From Geotalea uraniireducens Rf4 (lineage in GTDB: Bacteria; Desulfobacterota; Desulfuromonadia; Geobacterales; Geobacteraceae), in the NCBI RefSeq assembly GCF_000016745.1, contig NC_009483.1, positions 4,110,001 to 4,142,000 of the forward strand: DNA of 32,000 nt. Reading direction: 5' to 3'. This document shows, piece by piece, positions 23,390 to 32,000 of the stretch (position 1 is the first letter of the stretch; each line of letters starts with the position of its first letter). A program made the position numbers and the translations under genes. Under the pieces are notes generated by a model, which had not been told where the DNA came from, made no database searches, and was given only the letters and a program-made list of their open reading frames with translations.

Positions 23390-24181
23390 TCAAAACAAAC
23401 TCAACAGCATCTTGGTCCCCATCACGATCAGCAGCAGGGCAAAAATCTTCTTCAATTTATCAATCGGCAGGCTGTGCGCCAACTTTGCACCAAACGGGGC
23501 GGTCGCGATACTGGCAGCGGCGATACCAATCAGTGCGGGGAGATAGACGAAGCCGAGGCTGTACGGGGGAAGCGGGGCTGACAGGCCGTTGACCACATAA
23601 CCGACCGCACCGGCCAGGGCGATGGGGAAACCGATTGCTGCCGAGGTGCCGATTGCACGATGAATGGCGACGTTGCACCAGACCAGAAACGGCACCGACA
23701 TGCTGCCGCCGCCGATGCCGACCAGGCTGGAGACGCCGCCGATCAGTCCGCCGACGCCGAACATCGCTGTCTGTCCGGGGAGCTGGCGATGCGGTTTGGG
23801 CTTGATGTTGAGCAGCATCTGGGTGGCGACGTAGTAGAGGAAGACGACGAAAAACACTTTGAGGAAGCGGGTGGAGAGCTGGGCGGCGACCCATGAGCCG
23901 CCGAAGGTGCCGACCATGATGCCGAGGCTGATGCGCCGCACCACGGGCCAGTCAACGGCGCCGCGCCCATGGTGGGCCCGCAGGCTGGAAATCGAGGTGA
24001 ACATGATGCTGGCCAGGGAGGTGCCGAGGGCCAGATGGAGGATGTGCCCCTCCGGCAGGTGCTGGGCGGTGAAAATAAAGGTAAGTACCGGCACGATCAC
24101 CAGACCGCCACCGACACCGAGCAGGCCGGCCAGTACCCCTGCGAACGCCCCAAGGGCGATATACATCAACCAAACTGTCAT
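23390..24181 (-). CDS. TauE/SafE (DUF81) family anion exporter
   Basis: Polytopic membrane protein with the duplicated glycine motifs LLGVGGGLVIVP and LVGIGGGSMSVP. The ATG at 24181 has GGGGAGAAG upstream. Confidence 0.8.
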   Translation of the reverse strand: MTVWLMYIALGAFAGVLAGLLGVGGGLVIVPVLTFIFTAQHLPEGHILHLALGTSLASIMFTSISSLRAHHGRGAVDWPVVRRISLGIMVGTFGGSWVAAQLSTRFLKVFFVVFLYYVATQMLLNIKPKPHRQLPGQTAMFGVGGLIGGVSSLVGIGGGSMSVPFLVWCNVAIHRAIGTSAAIGFPIALAGAVGYVVNGLSAPLPPYSLGFVYLPALIGIAAASIATAPFGAKLAHSLPIDKLKKIFALLLIVMGTKMLLSLF

Positions 24182-24265
24182 TCCGCTTCTCCCCAATCAG
24201 ATGTTGGCTGCCATCATACGCGGTGATTCAGGTTTTTTCAAACATCGTTTTTGTACCTGCAACGT

Positions 24266-24643
24266 TCATTCGTCAGGAGCCTCAGACGCAGCCTTGGTGT
24301 CGTAGTCACCCTGAGCTTTTAACACATCTTCAATGTTACGCTCCGCCCACTCACGTACCGACTCGAATATATGCACCAGTGTTCGCCCGAGTTCGGTAAG
24401 AGAATACTCCACTTTCGGCGGCACGGAGGCATACACCACACGGGTCACAAGTCCGTCCCGCTCCAGTCCGCGCAGTGTCTGGGTCAGCATCTTTTGCGAC
24501 ACCCCACCGATCTCCCGTCGTAGCTCTCCAAACCGCTTCGTACCGTTTTCAAGCGCGACCACGATGAGAACGGTCCATTTATCGGCGATCCGGTCCAGTA
24601 CGATTCTTGTCGGACATTTCTCGTTATACACATCCCAGTTCAT
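24266..24643 (-). CDS. HxlR-family winged-helix transcriptional regulator
   Basis: CPTRIVLDRIADKWTVLIVVAL..GTKRFGELRREIGGVSQKMLTQTLRGLERDGLVTR is the HxlR signature. It is divergent from a small FMN-binding gene. Confidence 0.85.
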   Translation of the reverse strand: MNWDVYNEKCPTRIVLDRIADKWTVLIVVALENGTKRFGELRREIGGVSQKMLTQTLRGLERDGLVTRVVYASVPPKVEYSLTELGRTLVHIFESVREWAERNIEDVLKAQGDYDTKAASEAPDE

Positions 24644-24716
24644 GTCAGCCTCTTTCCCTTGGAATAAACAATAGTTTCCAAAAGGTTCCTATATAACAAA
24701 AAGGTGCCTACTTGCG

Positions 24717-24741
24717 AACAATACTATTACCATCTATTGTT
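24717..24741. promoter_or_regulatory. candidate HxlR operator (aacaata N11 tattgtt) in the divergent intergenic region
   Basis: 7-bp inverted repeat, with a third ACAATAG copy at 24668-24674. It lies between the HxlR gene and the divergently transcribed PNPOx-like gene. Confidence 0.3.
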
Positions 24742-24783
24742 GTCAACAGGTCGTCATGGTGAAAAAAAAGATAGGAGAGAGTC

Positions 24784-25188
24784 ATGAAAGAGGTCGTTGA
24801 TTTCCTTATGAAAAGTCAGATTCAGTATTTCGCAACAGTCGGAACCGACGGCAAGCCGAAGGTCAGGCCCTTCCAGTTAATGATGGAAGAAGGAGGAAAG
24901 CTCTATTTCTGTACGTCTAATAAAAAAGAAGTATTCAAGGAAGTACAGAAGCAGCCCCATGTTGAACTGTGCGCATCCGGGGAAAATTTTTCGTGGCTGC
25001 GTCTCAAGGGGAAGGTGGTTTTTTCAAATGAACTTACGCTGAAGGCAAAGGTTCTGGAGGCGAGCCCCCTGGTGAAGTCCATCTATAACAGCCCGGACAA
25101 TCCGGCATTTGAGGTGTTTTACCTCGCAGACGCGGTCGCGACAATTGCCGACTTCAGCGGTAATCCGCCTAGAACCTACAACCTGTGA
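24784..25188 (+). CDS. pyridoxamine 5'-phosphate oxidase-like FMN-binding split-barrel protein
   Basis: 134 aa with FATVGTDGKPKVRPF and GKLYFCTSNKK motifs. GGAGAG RBS upstream. This is the classic HxlR-divergent partner. Confidence 0.7.
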   Translation: MKEVVDFLMKSQIQYFATVGTDGKPKVRPFQLMMEEGGKLYFCTSNKKEVFKEVQKQPHVELCASGENFSWLRLKGKVVFSNELTLKAKVLEASPLVKSIYNSPDNPAFEVFYLADAVATIADFSGNPPRTYNL

Positions 25189-25223
25189 TCAATTATTGAT
25201 GAATGCTCCCCAGACTTAACCTG

Positions 25224-25784
25224 CTACAACTGCCACTTCCCGTAATGAACAAATTCACTCAGCGGCTTACGTGACGGACCACCCTTGGCGTCACCGGCAG
25301 GATAGCCGAGCGGAAACAACCCGACAATCCGGATGCCGGAAGGTATTCCCAACAGTTTTCCGATCTGCTCTTCATCGAACACTCCGACGAAGACGCTGCC
25401 AAGTCCCTGATCATGGGCTGCCAGCATCAGATTTTCCGTGGCGATCCCCATATCCGCCACGTAATACTGTACCCCGTGAAGTTCACCCGACTGTTGCGGA
25501 TTTGCACAAGCCACAATCACGATCGGTGCCTGTGCCAGCGCCTTCTGGGCCGGGTTAGTCTTGTACCCGTAGGTAGCAAAGAACGACTCCACGTAAGAAA
25601 GCTCGCTGATTTTATTGCGAGCCTCCTGGTCCTGCACTACAACCAGATTCCAGCACTGCTTGTTCGACCATGAAGGGGCTTGCTGCACCGCTTCCAGCAC
25701 CGCCTGGAGTTTTTCCGGCTCCACCGGTTGATCTGAAAATCTTCGCACACTTCTTCTTGTTTTGATCGCTTCCAATGTTTCCAT
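25224..25784 (-). CDS. nitroreductase-family oxidoreductase
   Basis: Start [21 protein letters not shown] with GGAGGG upstream (the ORF-track start at 25958 is an unlikely extension); 186 aa. Confidence 0.8.
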   Translation of the reverse strand: METLEAIKTRRSVRRFSDQPVEPEKLQAVLEAVQQAPSWSNKQCWNLVVVQDQEARNKISELSYVESFFATYGYKTNPAQKALAQAPIVIVACANPQQSGELHGVQYYVADMGIATENLMLAAHDQGLGSVFVGVFDEEQIGKLLGIPSGIRIVGLFPLGYPAGDAKGGPSRKPLSEFVHYGKWQL

Positions 25785-25909
25785 GAGATTCCCTCCGATG
25801 CAGTTGGATAGCCTATTTGTAATACGACTTGAAATATGACAACGGCGGCAGATGCTTCTGCGTCTCGGCATCAAGCGAGGTTTTGCAGCCGCGTCTGCTA
25901 CACAGTAGC

Positions 25910-26809
25910 TCACTTCTTCCCCAGATACCTGCTCTTCACATTGTACGCGATCATCCAATCAGCCATGGAGCGCTTCGGCAGGGTCTTCTTCAACTCTGCC
26001 GCAATGGCATCGACATCCTGCGACGTAGCCGCCAGTTCCCGCGCCTTGCTGTCGAACAGCAACAGATACGCCTTCATTTCCTTGAGATCATTCTTGCCGG
26101 AGAGCGGGCCATGGCCGGGGATGATCCGCTCCACGTCCATGGTCAGCAGGGCATCGATGGTCCTGGTCCAGCCGGCAATGTCGCCGTCGGCCAGGAAGGG
26201 GTGGAAGTCGGTAAAGAGGATGTCGCCGGCAAAGAGCAGTTTTTTGGATGGGACATATACTACCACGCTCCCCTCCGTGTGGGACGGCGCCACGCGGATC
26301 AGTTCCACCGCCTCGTCACCCAGATCGATCTGCATACGATCGCTGAAGGTCAGGGCCGGGTAGACGATCTCGGTGCCGGCCATATCCTCCGGCTTCAGGC
26401 CGAAATTACCGATGTTCTTCAAGGTGTCTGCGCCGACCCGCTCCAGCATCTTGCGGTCAGCCGTATGGGAGATCACGGTGGCGCCCAGCCTGGCAAAGAC
26501 ACAGTTGCCGAAGGCATGGTCCAGGTGGGTGTGGGTGTTGACCACGTACTTGATCGGCTTGTCGGTCACCTTGCGGATATCTGCCAGGAAGCGCTCCCCT
26601 TCCTTGGCCGAGATCAGGGTATCCACCACCAGCACGCCGTCCCGGCCGATGACGATCCCGGCATTGGCGGCAAAGCTGCGGGCAGGCGAGGCGTCTTTGA
26701 CGCCTACGTAGGCGTAGACGTTATCCGCCAGTTTGGTCAATTCGGCAAAGGCGGTCTGGACGAACAACAGGGTCAGGGCCAGCGTGGATAATGCGACGAT
26801 TCTTTTCAT
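25910..26809 (-). CDS. periplasmic MBL-fold metallo-hydrolase
   Basis: Signal peptide [22 protein letters not shown], metal motif [12 protein letters not shown], later HTEGS and GHGP. AGGAGG RBS upstream. Confidence 0.8.
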   Translation of the reverse strand: MKRIVALSTLALTLLFVQTAFAELTKLADNVYAYVGVKDASPARSFAANAGIVIGRDGVLVVDTLISAKEGERFLADIRKVTDKPIKYVVNTHTHLDHAFGNCVFARLGATVISHTADRKMLERVGADTLKNIGNFGLKPEDMAGTEIVYPALTFSDRMQIDLGDEAVELIRVAPSHTEGSVVVYVPSKKLLFAGDILFTDFHPFLADGDIAGWTRTIDALLTMDVERIIPGHGPLSGKNDLKEMKAYLLLFDSKARELAATSQDVDAIAAELKKTLPKRSMADWMIAYNVKSRYLGKK

Positions 26810-26842
26810 CTGCTTCCTCCTTGATTGATTATAATATTGCCA

Positions 26843-27307
26843 TCATCGACGTGCCTTGCCGCAGATGGCCTCGATGCCGATCCTGAACACCCTGGTCCGC
26901 CCACCTTGGGCGGCGATATACTGGAGTCCTTCCGCATGAAATCCGGCAGAGTACTTCGCCAGGAGCCCTTCCAGGGCCTGCAGCTTTTCCCCGTCAAAAA
27001 CCTCTGCCGCACTGCCGGAGATGATGACGCTTTCGTACCTGGTGGCAAACTGGTCCGGCAGCACCTCGGTTTTTCCCACCACGCAGAACGACACCCTGCT
27101 GTCGGCGGCAATGTTCTCCAGCTTGTGACCTTCCACGGCACAATGGAAGTAGATGGCGTTGTTCATCACACAGTAGCTGAGCGGAATACCGTACGGCTGG
27201 CCGGCGAGGCCGCAGGTGGAGAGTATTCCGTATTCGCCACGCTCCAGCAGTTCCCTCGCCTCTGTCTCGGCGATACCCCGTTCCGTGCGGCGTAGTTCAT
27301 GATGCAT
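26843..27307 (-). CDS. pyridoxamine 5'-phosphate oxidase family protein, NimA-like (Pyridox_ox_2)
   Basis: RRTERGIAETEARELLERGEYGILST..GQPYGIPLSY..IYFHCAVEGHKL resembles Nim/5-nitroimidazole reductase-type split barrels. GGGAGGA RBS upstream. Confidence 0.7.
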   Translation of the reverse strand: MHHELRRTERGIAETEARELLERGEYGILSTCGLAGQPYGIPLSYCVMNNAIYFHCAVEGHKLENIAADSRVSFCVVGKTEVLPDQFATRYESVIISGSAAEVFDGEKLQALEGLLAKYSAGFHAEGLQYIAAQGGRTRVFRIGIEAICGKARR

Positions 27308-27358
27308 CTCTCTATCCTCCCTTGTTGTGCAGCTTATGTCGCTCCTTTCACGGCTGTC

Positions 27359-27967
27359 TCACTCTTGTCGGCTTCCTTCGTCGCAGCATCCCCCCAGTTC
27401 CTGCCAGCGGAAACAGTCGACAGTGTGGTCATTCACCATGCCGACGGCCTGCATATGGGCATAGCAGATTGTGGTCCCCACGAAGCGAAAACCGCGCTTC
27501 TTCAGATCGCGGCTCATGGCATCCGATACCTGCGTACTAGCCGGGACCTCCTTGATACTGCGCCAGGCATTCCGGATCGGTCGACCGTCCACAAAGCGCC
27601 ACATGTAGGCATCGAAAGAGCCATATTCCTCTTGCACTTTCAGAAAGACACGGGCATTGGTTATCGCCGACTCCACCTTCAAGCGGTTGCGGACGATGCC
27701 GGCGTTGGTCAGCAGTTCTGCCACTCTTGCCTGATCGAAACGGGCCACCAGTTCGGGATCGAATCCGGCAAAGGCGGCGCGGTAGGCATCGCGTTTCCTG
27801 AGAATCGTTATCCAGGAGAGCCCGGCCTGAGCACCCTCCAGGGTCAGGAACTCGAACAGCAGCCGATCGTCGTGAACCGGTACGCCCCATTCCTGGTCGT
27901 GGTACTCCCGGTAGAGCAGGTCACTGCCCACCCAGGCGCAGCGGTTAACCGTTGCGACATTTTCCAT
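27359..27967 (-). CDS. tag: DNA-3-methyladenine glycosylase I
   Basis: RCAWVGSDLLYREYHDQEWGVPVHDDRLLFEFLTLEGAQAGLSWITILRKR closely parallels E. coli Tag (RCGWV..YHDNEWGVP..LEGQQAGLSWITVLKKR). Confidence 0.9.
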   Translation of the reverse strand: MENVATVNRCAWVGSDLLYREYHDQEWGVPVHDDRLLFEFLTLEGAQAGLSWITILRKRDAYRAAFAGFDPELVARFDQARVAELLTNAGIVRNRLKVESAITNARVFLKVQEEYGSFDAYMWRFVDGRPIRNAWRSIKEVPASTQVSDAMSRDLKKRGFRFVGTTICYAHMQAVGMVNDHTVDCFRWQELGGCCDEGSRQE

Positions 27968-28003
27968 TGGTTCCTCCAGGTGCCGGGTAGCTGAGTTTAT
28001 CTA

Positions 28004-28432
28004 TCATAACGGGACCGTTTGCTCCTCATCGGTGATTCGGCACAAGAGGCCACTCTTATAGTGCTGTCGCCCGAGGAGGTTGGCATTCTCGTAAATATTG
28101 CCGATAACTTCAACCGACTGTTCCGTGGAATCCGCGTCACCACCTGTCAGATTCCAGCGAATGCCGCCAGATTCCCGATACAGAACAAACCCGGCACACT
28201 CCTTTCCCCATCTCACTTCGCAGACAACATGTTGACCTTGTCTGACTGCCTCCACGATATCCCCTTCATAGATTTCCTTGCCATTCTTGTCCCAATGTCC
28301 GGTGAACTGCATATACCGGAATTCCCCGGATTCTCCGGCAAGAGCACTTATGGGCAACTCAGTTATCTCTTCCCATGGCCACATGCATTTACTTTTTGGC
28401 CCCCAGGCCCTGAACTTGTATTCTCTTACCAT
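28004..28432 (-). CDS. YopX-family protein (phage-derived orphan)
   Basis: KFRAW ... MQFTGHWDKNGKEIYEGDIV ... VEVIGNIYEN are the hallmark YopX motifs. No other phage genes are adjacent. Confidence 0.7.
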   Translation of the reverse strand: MVREYKFRAWGPKSKCMWPWEEITELPISALAGESGEFRYMQFTGHWDKNGKEIYEGDIVEAVRQGQHVVCEVRWGKECAGFVLYRESGGIRWNLTGGDADSTEQSVEVIGNIYENANLLGRQHYKSGLLCRITDEEQTVPL

Positions 28433-28460
28433 GATCAGATCTTCCTTTGCCCAGTAAAGG

Positions 28461-28500
28461 TCGTGTCTCCATTATTCGAAAGCGAATTTTGGAGACACGA
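28461..28500. other. nested hairpin (10-bp outer stem enclosing a 5-bp hairpin) between the VOC and YopX genes
   Basis: tcgtgtctcc (28461-28470) pairs with ggagacacga (28491-28500). The inner hairpin attcg-aaag-cgaat is at 28474-28487. There is no T-tract. Confidence 0.4.
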
Positions 28501-28537
28501 TACTATTAATGCAGGCGTTCAACGCATTCGCCGTATC

Positions 28538-28975
28538 TTATTGTGCGAAGCGCGCCGCCATTCGCCGCTGCAACTCGTCTGCTGATACATCCTCAACATG
28601 TGTTGCCAGGTTCCATACGTTGCCGAACCGGTCTTTCACAGCACCCAAACGGTCGCCCCAGAACTGATCGGCCGGTGCCATCGTGGAGGTTGCTCCCGCC
28701 TCCAGGGCGCGCTTGTAAACGGTATCCATGTCATCCACGTACAGGTAGAATGAGCCCGGCATCGGCACGCAATCACCTGTCAGCTCACCCAGCATGATGA
28801 TAGAGTCACCGATCCACACCTCGGCATGAGCGAGGGAGCCATTGGGCATCATAATCCGTTCCTTCTCACGGGCATGGAAGGCCATCTTCAAGAAGTCAAT
28901 CAACTCTACTGCGCCAGGGACTGTCAGGAAAGGGGTCAAGGTGTGGTATCCTTCGGGAATCGGTTTTACGCTCAT
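28538..28975 (-). CDS. VOC/glyoxalase-family protein (PhnB-like)
   Basis: MSVKPIPEGYHTLTPFLTVPGAVELIDFLKMAF...LAHAEVWIGDSIIMLGE. The ATG at 28975 has AAGGAG upstream. Confidence 0.75.
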   Translation of the reverse strand: MSVKPIPEGYHTLTPFLTVPGAVELIDFLKMAFHAREKERIMMPNGSLAHAEVWIGDSIIMLGELTGDCVPMPGSFYLYVDDMDTVYKRALEAGATSTMAPADQFWGDRLGAVKDRFGNVWNLATHVEDVSADELQRRMAARFAQ

Positions 28976-29031
28976 CTTCGTTCTCCTTTGAGATTGATTT
29001 GCGAGCATCAGCTCACAAATCCCACACTACG

Positions 29032-29064
29032 CGACACTACTGTCAGAACCTGTCAGTAGTGTCG
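29032..29064. promoter_or_regulatory. 15-bp inverted repeat (cgacactactgtcag aac ctgtcagtagtgtcg), candidate operator between the YafY-like regulator and the VOC gene
   Basis: 14 of 15 positions pair. It lies 15 nt after the regulator stop and ~57 nt upstream of the VOC start, with no T-tract. Confidence 0.35.
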
Positions 29065-29078
29065 GGCAGCCCCATCGC

Positions 29079-29774
29079 CTAACCCGGATCACGCATCCCG
29101 ACAACGCTTTGCAGATAGTGGGTAATGCTGATGTCGTCCACGAGAGCGAAGTACTCTTCAAGCAGTTCCAACGCCTCAAAGCGGTCGAAACGGAAGTTCC
29201 GGTAATCCCGGCGCAGTTCGCACCAAGCCAACAGAGTCCATTTCCCGGTCCAGCCGACTATCCCCAGCGGCCAGATGATCCGCTCGGTTTTCTCCTGCTT
29301 TTCGTCCAGGTAGACCGCGCGGACTTTTTGCCGTTGCTCGCAGGCCCGGCGGAGTTTCCCGTGGACCTCGCGCAGGCCGTCGTCGCTCTCCAGTATCGGT
29401 ATACGGTACGGCTGCTGTTCCGCATGCCGTTGCAATGGCTCCGTCAGAATGGACCTGATCTTCAATTCCGCACTGCGCGCTCCCCGCGCCAAATCCTTAT
29501 CGGTGAACGCCTGCACCATGCGGCTTCCCACGATCAGCGCCTGTAACTCATCGGGGGTGAACATGAGCGGCGGCAGGTGCTGGCCGGGACGTATGAGATA
29601 GCCGACCCCCGGTTCCCCTTCGATGGGGACCCCGGAAAGGACAAGCGCTTGCACGTCCCGATACACCGTGCGCATCGAGACCTGCATGGCCTCCGCAATG
29701 GCTTCCGCCGTTATGGCGGTGCGCCGGGAGCGGAGCAACGTAACCAGTTGAAAGAGCCGTTCGGATTTGTTCAT
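29079..29774 (-). CDS. YafY-family (HTH plus WYL domain) transcriptional regulator
   Basis: ERLFQLVTLLRSRRTAITAEAIAEAMQVSMRTVYRDVQALVLSGVPIEGEPGVGY is the YafY N-terminal HTH; 231 aa. Confidence 0.8.
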   Translation of the reverse strand: MNKSERLFQLVTLLRSRRTAITAEAIAEAMQVSMRTVYRDVQALVLSGVPIEGEPGVGYLIRPGQHLPPLMFTPDELQALIVGSRMVQAFTDKDLARGARSAELKIRSILTEPLQRHAEQQPYRIPILESDDGLREVHGKLRRACEQRQKVRAVYLDEKQEKTERIIWPLGIVGWTGKWTLLAWCELRRDYRNFRFDRFEALELLEEYFALVDDISITHYLQSVVGMRDPG

Positions 29775-29838
29775 GGCAGATCCTGATTCATGATGCGTAT
29801 AAAAGCCTCCGCCCGGGTCTACTTATGCTACTTGAACC

Positions 29839-30213
29839 TTACCGCTTGCCTGTTTTCTTCGAGTTCTCCATTACACGAAATTCGACAATCTTTTTAATAA
29901 GTTCGAGTGGCAATGGTTTGTCAATCGGAAACTGGACTGAGCCTTTCGCATGTTTATAGCCACTGAGTTTTTCTGCAAATGCAGCTATGCCACTAGGAGT
30001 GGGATAGAAGCCAATGTGATTCTTGAATGCCGCGAAATGCACCAGATTGCCATTAAGATAAAAGGTAGGCATTTGATAGCTGATCTTCTCAATGGCTTGT
30101 GGAGCTGCCAGCTGGATCGTCGAACGCATTTCCGTCAGGAGGGCCTGTATCTCCTTTGGAAATTCTTGAATGTACTGATCAATTGATTTCATGTCGGAGC
30201 TCGGACGAATCAT
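29839..30213 (-). CDS. DUF1801 (YdhG-like) domain protein
   Basis: IDQYIQEFPKEIQALLTEMRSTI ... ISYQMPTFYLNGNLVHFAAFKNHIGFYP is typical of DUF1801. AAGGAGA lies upstream of the ATG at 30213. Confidence 0.75.
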   Translation of the reverse strand: MIRPSSDMKSIDQYIQEFPKEIQALLTEMRSTIQLAAPQAIEKISYQMPTFYLNGNLVHFAAFKNHIGFYPTPSGIAAFAEKLSGYKHAKGSVQFPIDKPLPLELIKKIVEFRVMENSKKTGKR

Positions 30214-30276
30214 CTTGATTCTCCTTTATCGGTATGTTGAGAACCGCCACCGGTTCTTGCCCATGGTGCCCCTCCG

Positions 30277-30369
30277 CTAACGGCTGACTTCGCGTACGAA
30301 GCGGGAAAGTTCATCGTTGAAACGGACGGTATCGTCGAAGAACGGCGCATGGCCTGCCTCACAGAATGT
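30277..30369 (-). pseudogene. C-terminal remnant of an alpha/beta hydrolase gene
   Basis: Minus frame reads TFCEAGHAPFFDDTVRFNDELSRFVREVSR-stop. This is the catalytic-His end of alpha/beta hydrolases, preceded by an in-frame TGA, with no upstream body. Confidence 0.55.
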
Positions 30370-30426
30370 TCAGAATCTTCATGGTGAATACCTGCTCTCT
30401 ATCCTGAAATAGAACTCTGCCGCCGC

Positions 30427-31083
30427 CTACTCGCTCCTTTTTCCGGCTAGTCTGGCTCCCAGCTCATACGCTCTTTTGCAGTCCAGGGGAAATACCTCCT
30501 CGCGCCGTTGCGCCTTATGGACGGGATCGAAGCTCTCCATCAATACCTTCGAATAATCATTGAACTGGCAGGTGTCAAAGCTGCAGAGCGACTCGGCCTG
30601 CTGCCCGAAGATCAGTTGCAGGTAACGTGCATGGGAGTTGAAGAGGTACTCGTAGCCGAACACCTTGCTCTGCTCTTCCGCAACATTCATCGTATAGATA
30701 AAGCCGGTGGCGATTTTCCTGGGAGCTATGGAGGCATACGGCACGGTATAGGTCAGGTACGGGAACAGCAAACGTTCGAGAAAGGAGCGCGTCTCGCCGG
30801 TCACCGAGCCGAAATAGATCGGCGAACCGATGATTATGGCATCGGCGTCAACGATCTTTTTAAGAATCGGCGTCAGGCCATCGTTCAATCCACAGGTTCC
30901 ATAGCTTTTGCCGCCTTTGGTCTTACAGGCGAAACAGCTCATGCACCCCTTGAAATCAAGGTCATACAGGTGGATAAGCTCCGTCTCGGCTCCTTGGGCG
31001 ACAGCGCCTTCCAGAGCCTTGGTCAGCAGGGTTGCCGTATTCCACTTTTTTCTTGGGCTTCCGTTGATACCGATGACAGTCAT
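30427..31083 (-). CDS. FMN reductase / iron-sulfur flavoprotein-like NAD(P)H oxidoreductase
   Basis: IGINGSPRKKWNT, a compact Cys cluster CMSCFACKTKGGKSYGTC, and IIGSPIYFGSVTG. GGAGAGGAG RBS upstream. Confidence 0.75.
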   Translation of the reverse strand: MTVIGINGSPRKKWNTATLLTKALEGAVAQGAETELIHLYDLDFKGCMSCFACKTKGGKSYGTCGLNDGLTPILKKIVDADAIIIGSPIYFGSVTGETRSFLERLLFPYLTYTVPYASIAPRKIATGFIYTMNVAEEQSKVFGYEYLFNSHARYLQLIFGQQAESLCSFDTCQFNDYSKVLMESFDPVHKAQRREEVFPLDCKRAYELGARLAGKRSE

Positions 31084-31149
31084 TTGATTTTCTCCTCTCC
31101 AGGTGTCTTTTACGCTGAATACAACCAGACGGTGGCTTCGGCGAAAACG

Positions 31150-31512
31150 TTATTCCGATCCTTTTGGCACAGAAACACCAAGTATGGCGAGGCGTTCGGA
31201 AAGCCGGCGGCGCCGTTCGGTAAGGAGGTTGATCATTTCGTCAAGCTCTTGCAGTTTTGCAATGTGCTTGGCGGTGCATTTCTGCGGATCGATATTCCCG
31301 TTTTCCAGACAGGGCAAAAACTCTCGAATTTGCCGCGTGCTGAAACCGCATGCAAGCAGGTCCCTGACCCATTGCACTCTCTCCACGGCATGAAAATGGT
31401 AGTCCCGGTAGCCGTTGGAAAGCCGTTGCGATTTGATCAACCCCTGAGTCTCATAGTGTCGTAAGACGCGGACGCTTACTCCAGTCTTTGATGCCAACTC
31501 ACCTATTCTCAT
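31150..31512 (-). CDS. MerR-family transcriptional regulator
   Basis: MRIGELASKTGVSVRVLRHYETQGLI HTH, a coiled-coil C-terminus and several Cys residues. The ATG at 31512 has AGGTGA 5 nt upstream. Confidence 0.85.
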   Translation of the reverse strand: MRIGELASKTGVSVRVLRHYETQGLIKSQRLSNGYRDYHFHAVERVQWVRDLLACGFSTRQIREFLPCLENGNIDPQKCTAKHIAKLQELDEMINLLTERRRRLSERLAILGVSVPKGSE

Positions 31513-31536
31513 CGCATTCACCTAAAACCAGGATAC

Positions 31537-31562
31537 AACATTGACACTAATGTTAGGGTCAA
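31537..31562 (-). promoter_or_regulatory. candidate MerR-type promoter/operator (TTGACC followed by the dyad ACATT-N6-AATGT in the spacer)
   Basis: Minus strand reads TTGACC (31562-31557) then CTAACATTAGTGTCAATGTTG, which contains the dyad aacatt/aatgtt (31537-31554). The -10 element is ambiguous (TGTATC at 19 nt or TATCCT at 21 nt). Confidence 0.4.
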
Positions 31563-31570
31563 GAGGGTTT

Positions 31571-31648
31571 TTAGTGCCTTGGAAGCTTATCGACATCACG
31601 TTCGTTAAATGCATCAACCCAAGCTTTCACAAGTTCTTTTGGTCGCAT
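31571..31648 (-). pseudogene. N-terminal remnant (25 aa) of a SnoaL/NTF2-like gene
   Basis: AGGAGAGGA RBS, then MRPKELVKAWVDAFNERDVDKLPRH-stop. This is the opening helix of SnoaL-like proteins, which are normally ~110-130 aa. Confidence 0.45.
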
Positions 31649-31719
31649 CAACTGATTCCTCTCCTGTCACGGCCCCACTCGTTATAAAGGGGGCCGGGGT
31701 GCAGTACAAGCGCGTCCCG

Positions 31720-32000
31720 TTAAAAATTTTCTTTCGCTAACGCCAAGATTTTGCTCACGGTCCGCCAGTTTCGACCCGTCATCAGGACACCCAGCAATTT
31801 TTCGGCATTTGCGCCCAGTTTGGACCTGCCGATGCCGTCAGGAGCATGCAGGTAGAAAACTTTGTCTTTCAGTTCGTATCGTTCGTTTTCGCTCCTTAGT
31901 TTCTCAAGCCCTTTAAGATCAGGGTTTACAGGTATAGAGCTCAAAAAATTCAGGTGCAGCGTATTGGGTTCGGTTACAGCTTCAGGGAACGGGTTCGCTG
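31720..32000 (-). CDS. DUF1697 family protein, C-terminal part (continues beyond window end)
   Basis: ANPFPEAVTEPNTLHLNFL ... VFYLHAPDGIGRSKLGANAEKLLGVLMTGRNWRTVSKILAL matches the conserved C-terminal half of DUF1697. The frame is open from the ORF-track TTG at 31944 up to base 32000. Confidence 0.7.
   Translation of the reverse strand, partial: ANPFPEAVTEPNTLHLNFLSSIPVNPDLKGLEKLRSENERYELKDKVFYLHAPDGIGRSKLGANAEKLLGVLMTGRNWRTVSKILALAKENF

Overview
This is a 32-kb GC-rich bacterial chromosomal window, transcribed almost entirely from the minus strand; the only convincing + strand gene is 24784-25188. The gene content resembles a Desulfuromonadales/Geobacter-type backbone, but I cannot verify taxonomy from the sequence. 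Left to right: a truncated PQQ sugar-dehydrogenase-like lipoprotein and a Clp1-type polynucleotide kinase; a visibly AT-rich insert with an alpha/beta hydrolase; a vapBC toxin-antitoxin pair; an HD-GYP phosphodiesterase. Next comes a TetR-regulated RND efflux operon (tetR, a 25-aa membrane micro-ORF, MFP, RND pump, OMF lipoprotein) with two copies of an 18-bp operator palindrome. It is followed by an ECF sigma / mini anti-sigma / lepB unit, an AraC-GyrI regulator, a DUF4143 AAA ATPase, a class D beta-lactamase, a SAM methyltransferase and a secreted pentapeptide-repeat lipoprotein. From 23.4 kb to the end there is a long co-directional run of small redox/detox genes: TauE, HxlR plus a PNPOx-like gene, nitroreductase, MBL-fold hydrolase, Nim-like, Tag, an orphan YopX, VOC, YafY, DUF1801, an Fe-S flavoprotein, MerR and DUF1697. 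This run is interspersed with two gene remnants. The most interesting segment is 19.5-23.3 kb. Three 70-73 nt imperfect palindromes there have the geometry of integron attC sites: AAC...GTT boxes, and unpaired bases always on the same arm of the same strand. They delimit single-gene cassettes of contrasting base composition (a SAM methyltransferase, an Mrr-type nuclease fusion and a very AT-rich 355-aa orphan). No integrase lies in the window, so this would be a CALIN-type array whose cassettes are candidate defence or toxin genes. A second unexplained repeat family is a ~95-nt two-hairpin element with a CTAC/GTAG box at 2210-2304 and 23192-23289. Together with a shared 20-mer, it brackets both AT-rich foreign ORFs. 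Other notable items are a truncated RAYT-like transposase, a REPIN-like 128-bp doublet, and a 117-nt three-way-junction structure upstream of the HD-GYP locus. No rRNA, tRNA or CRISPR array was seen.
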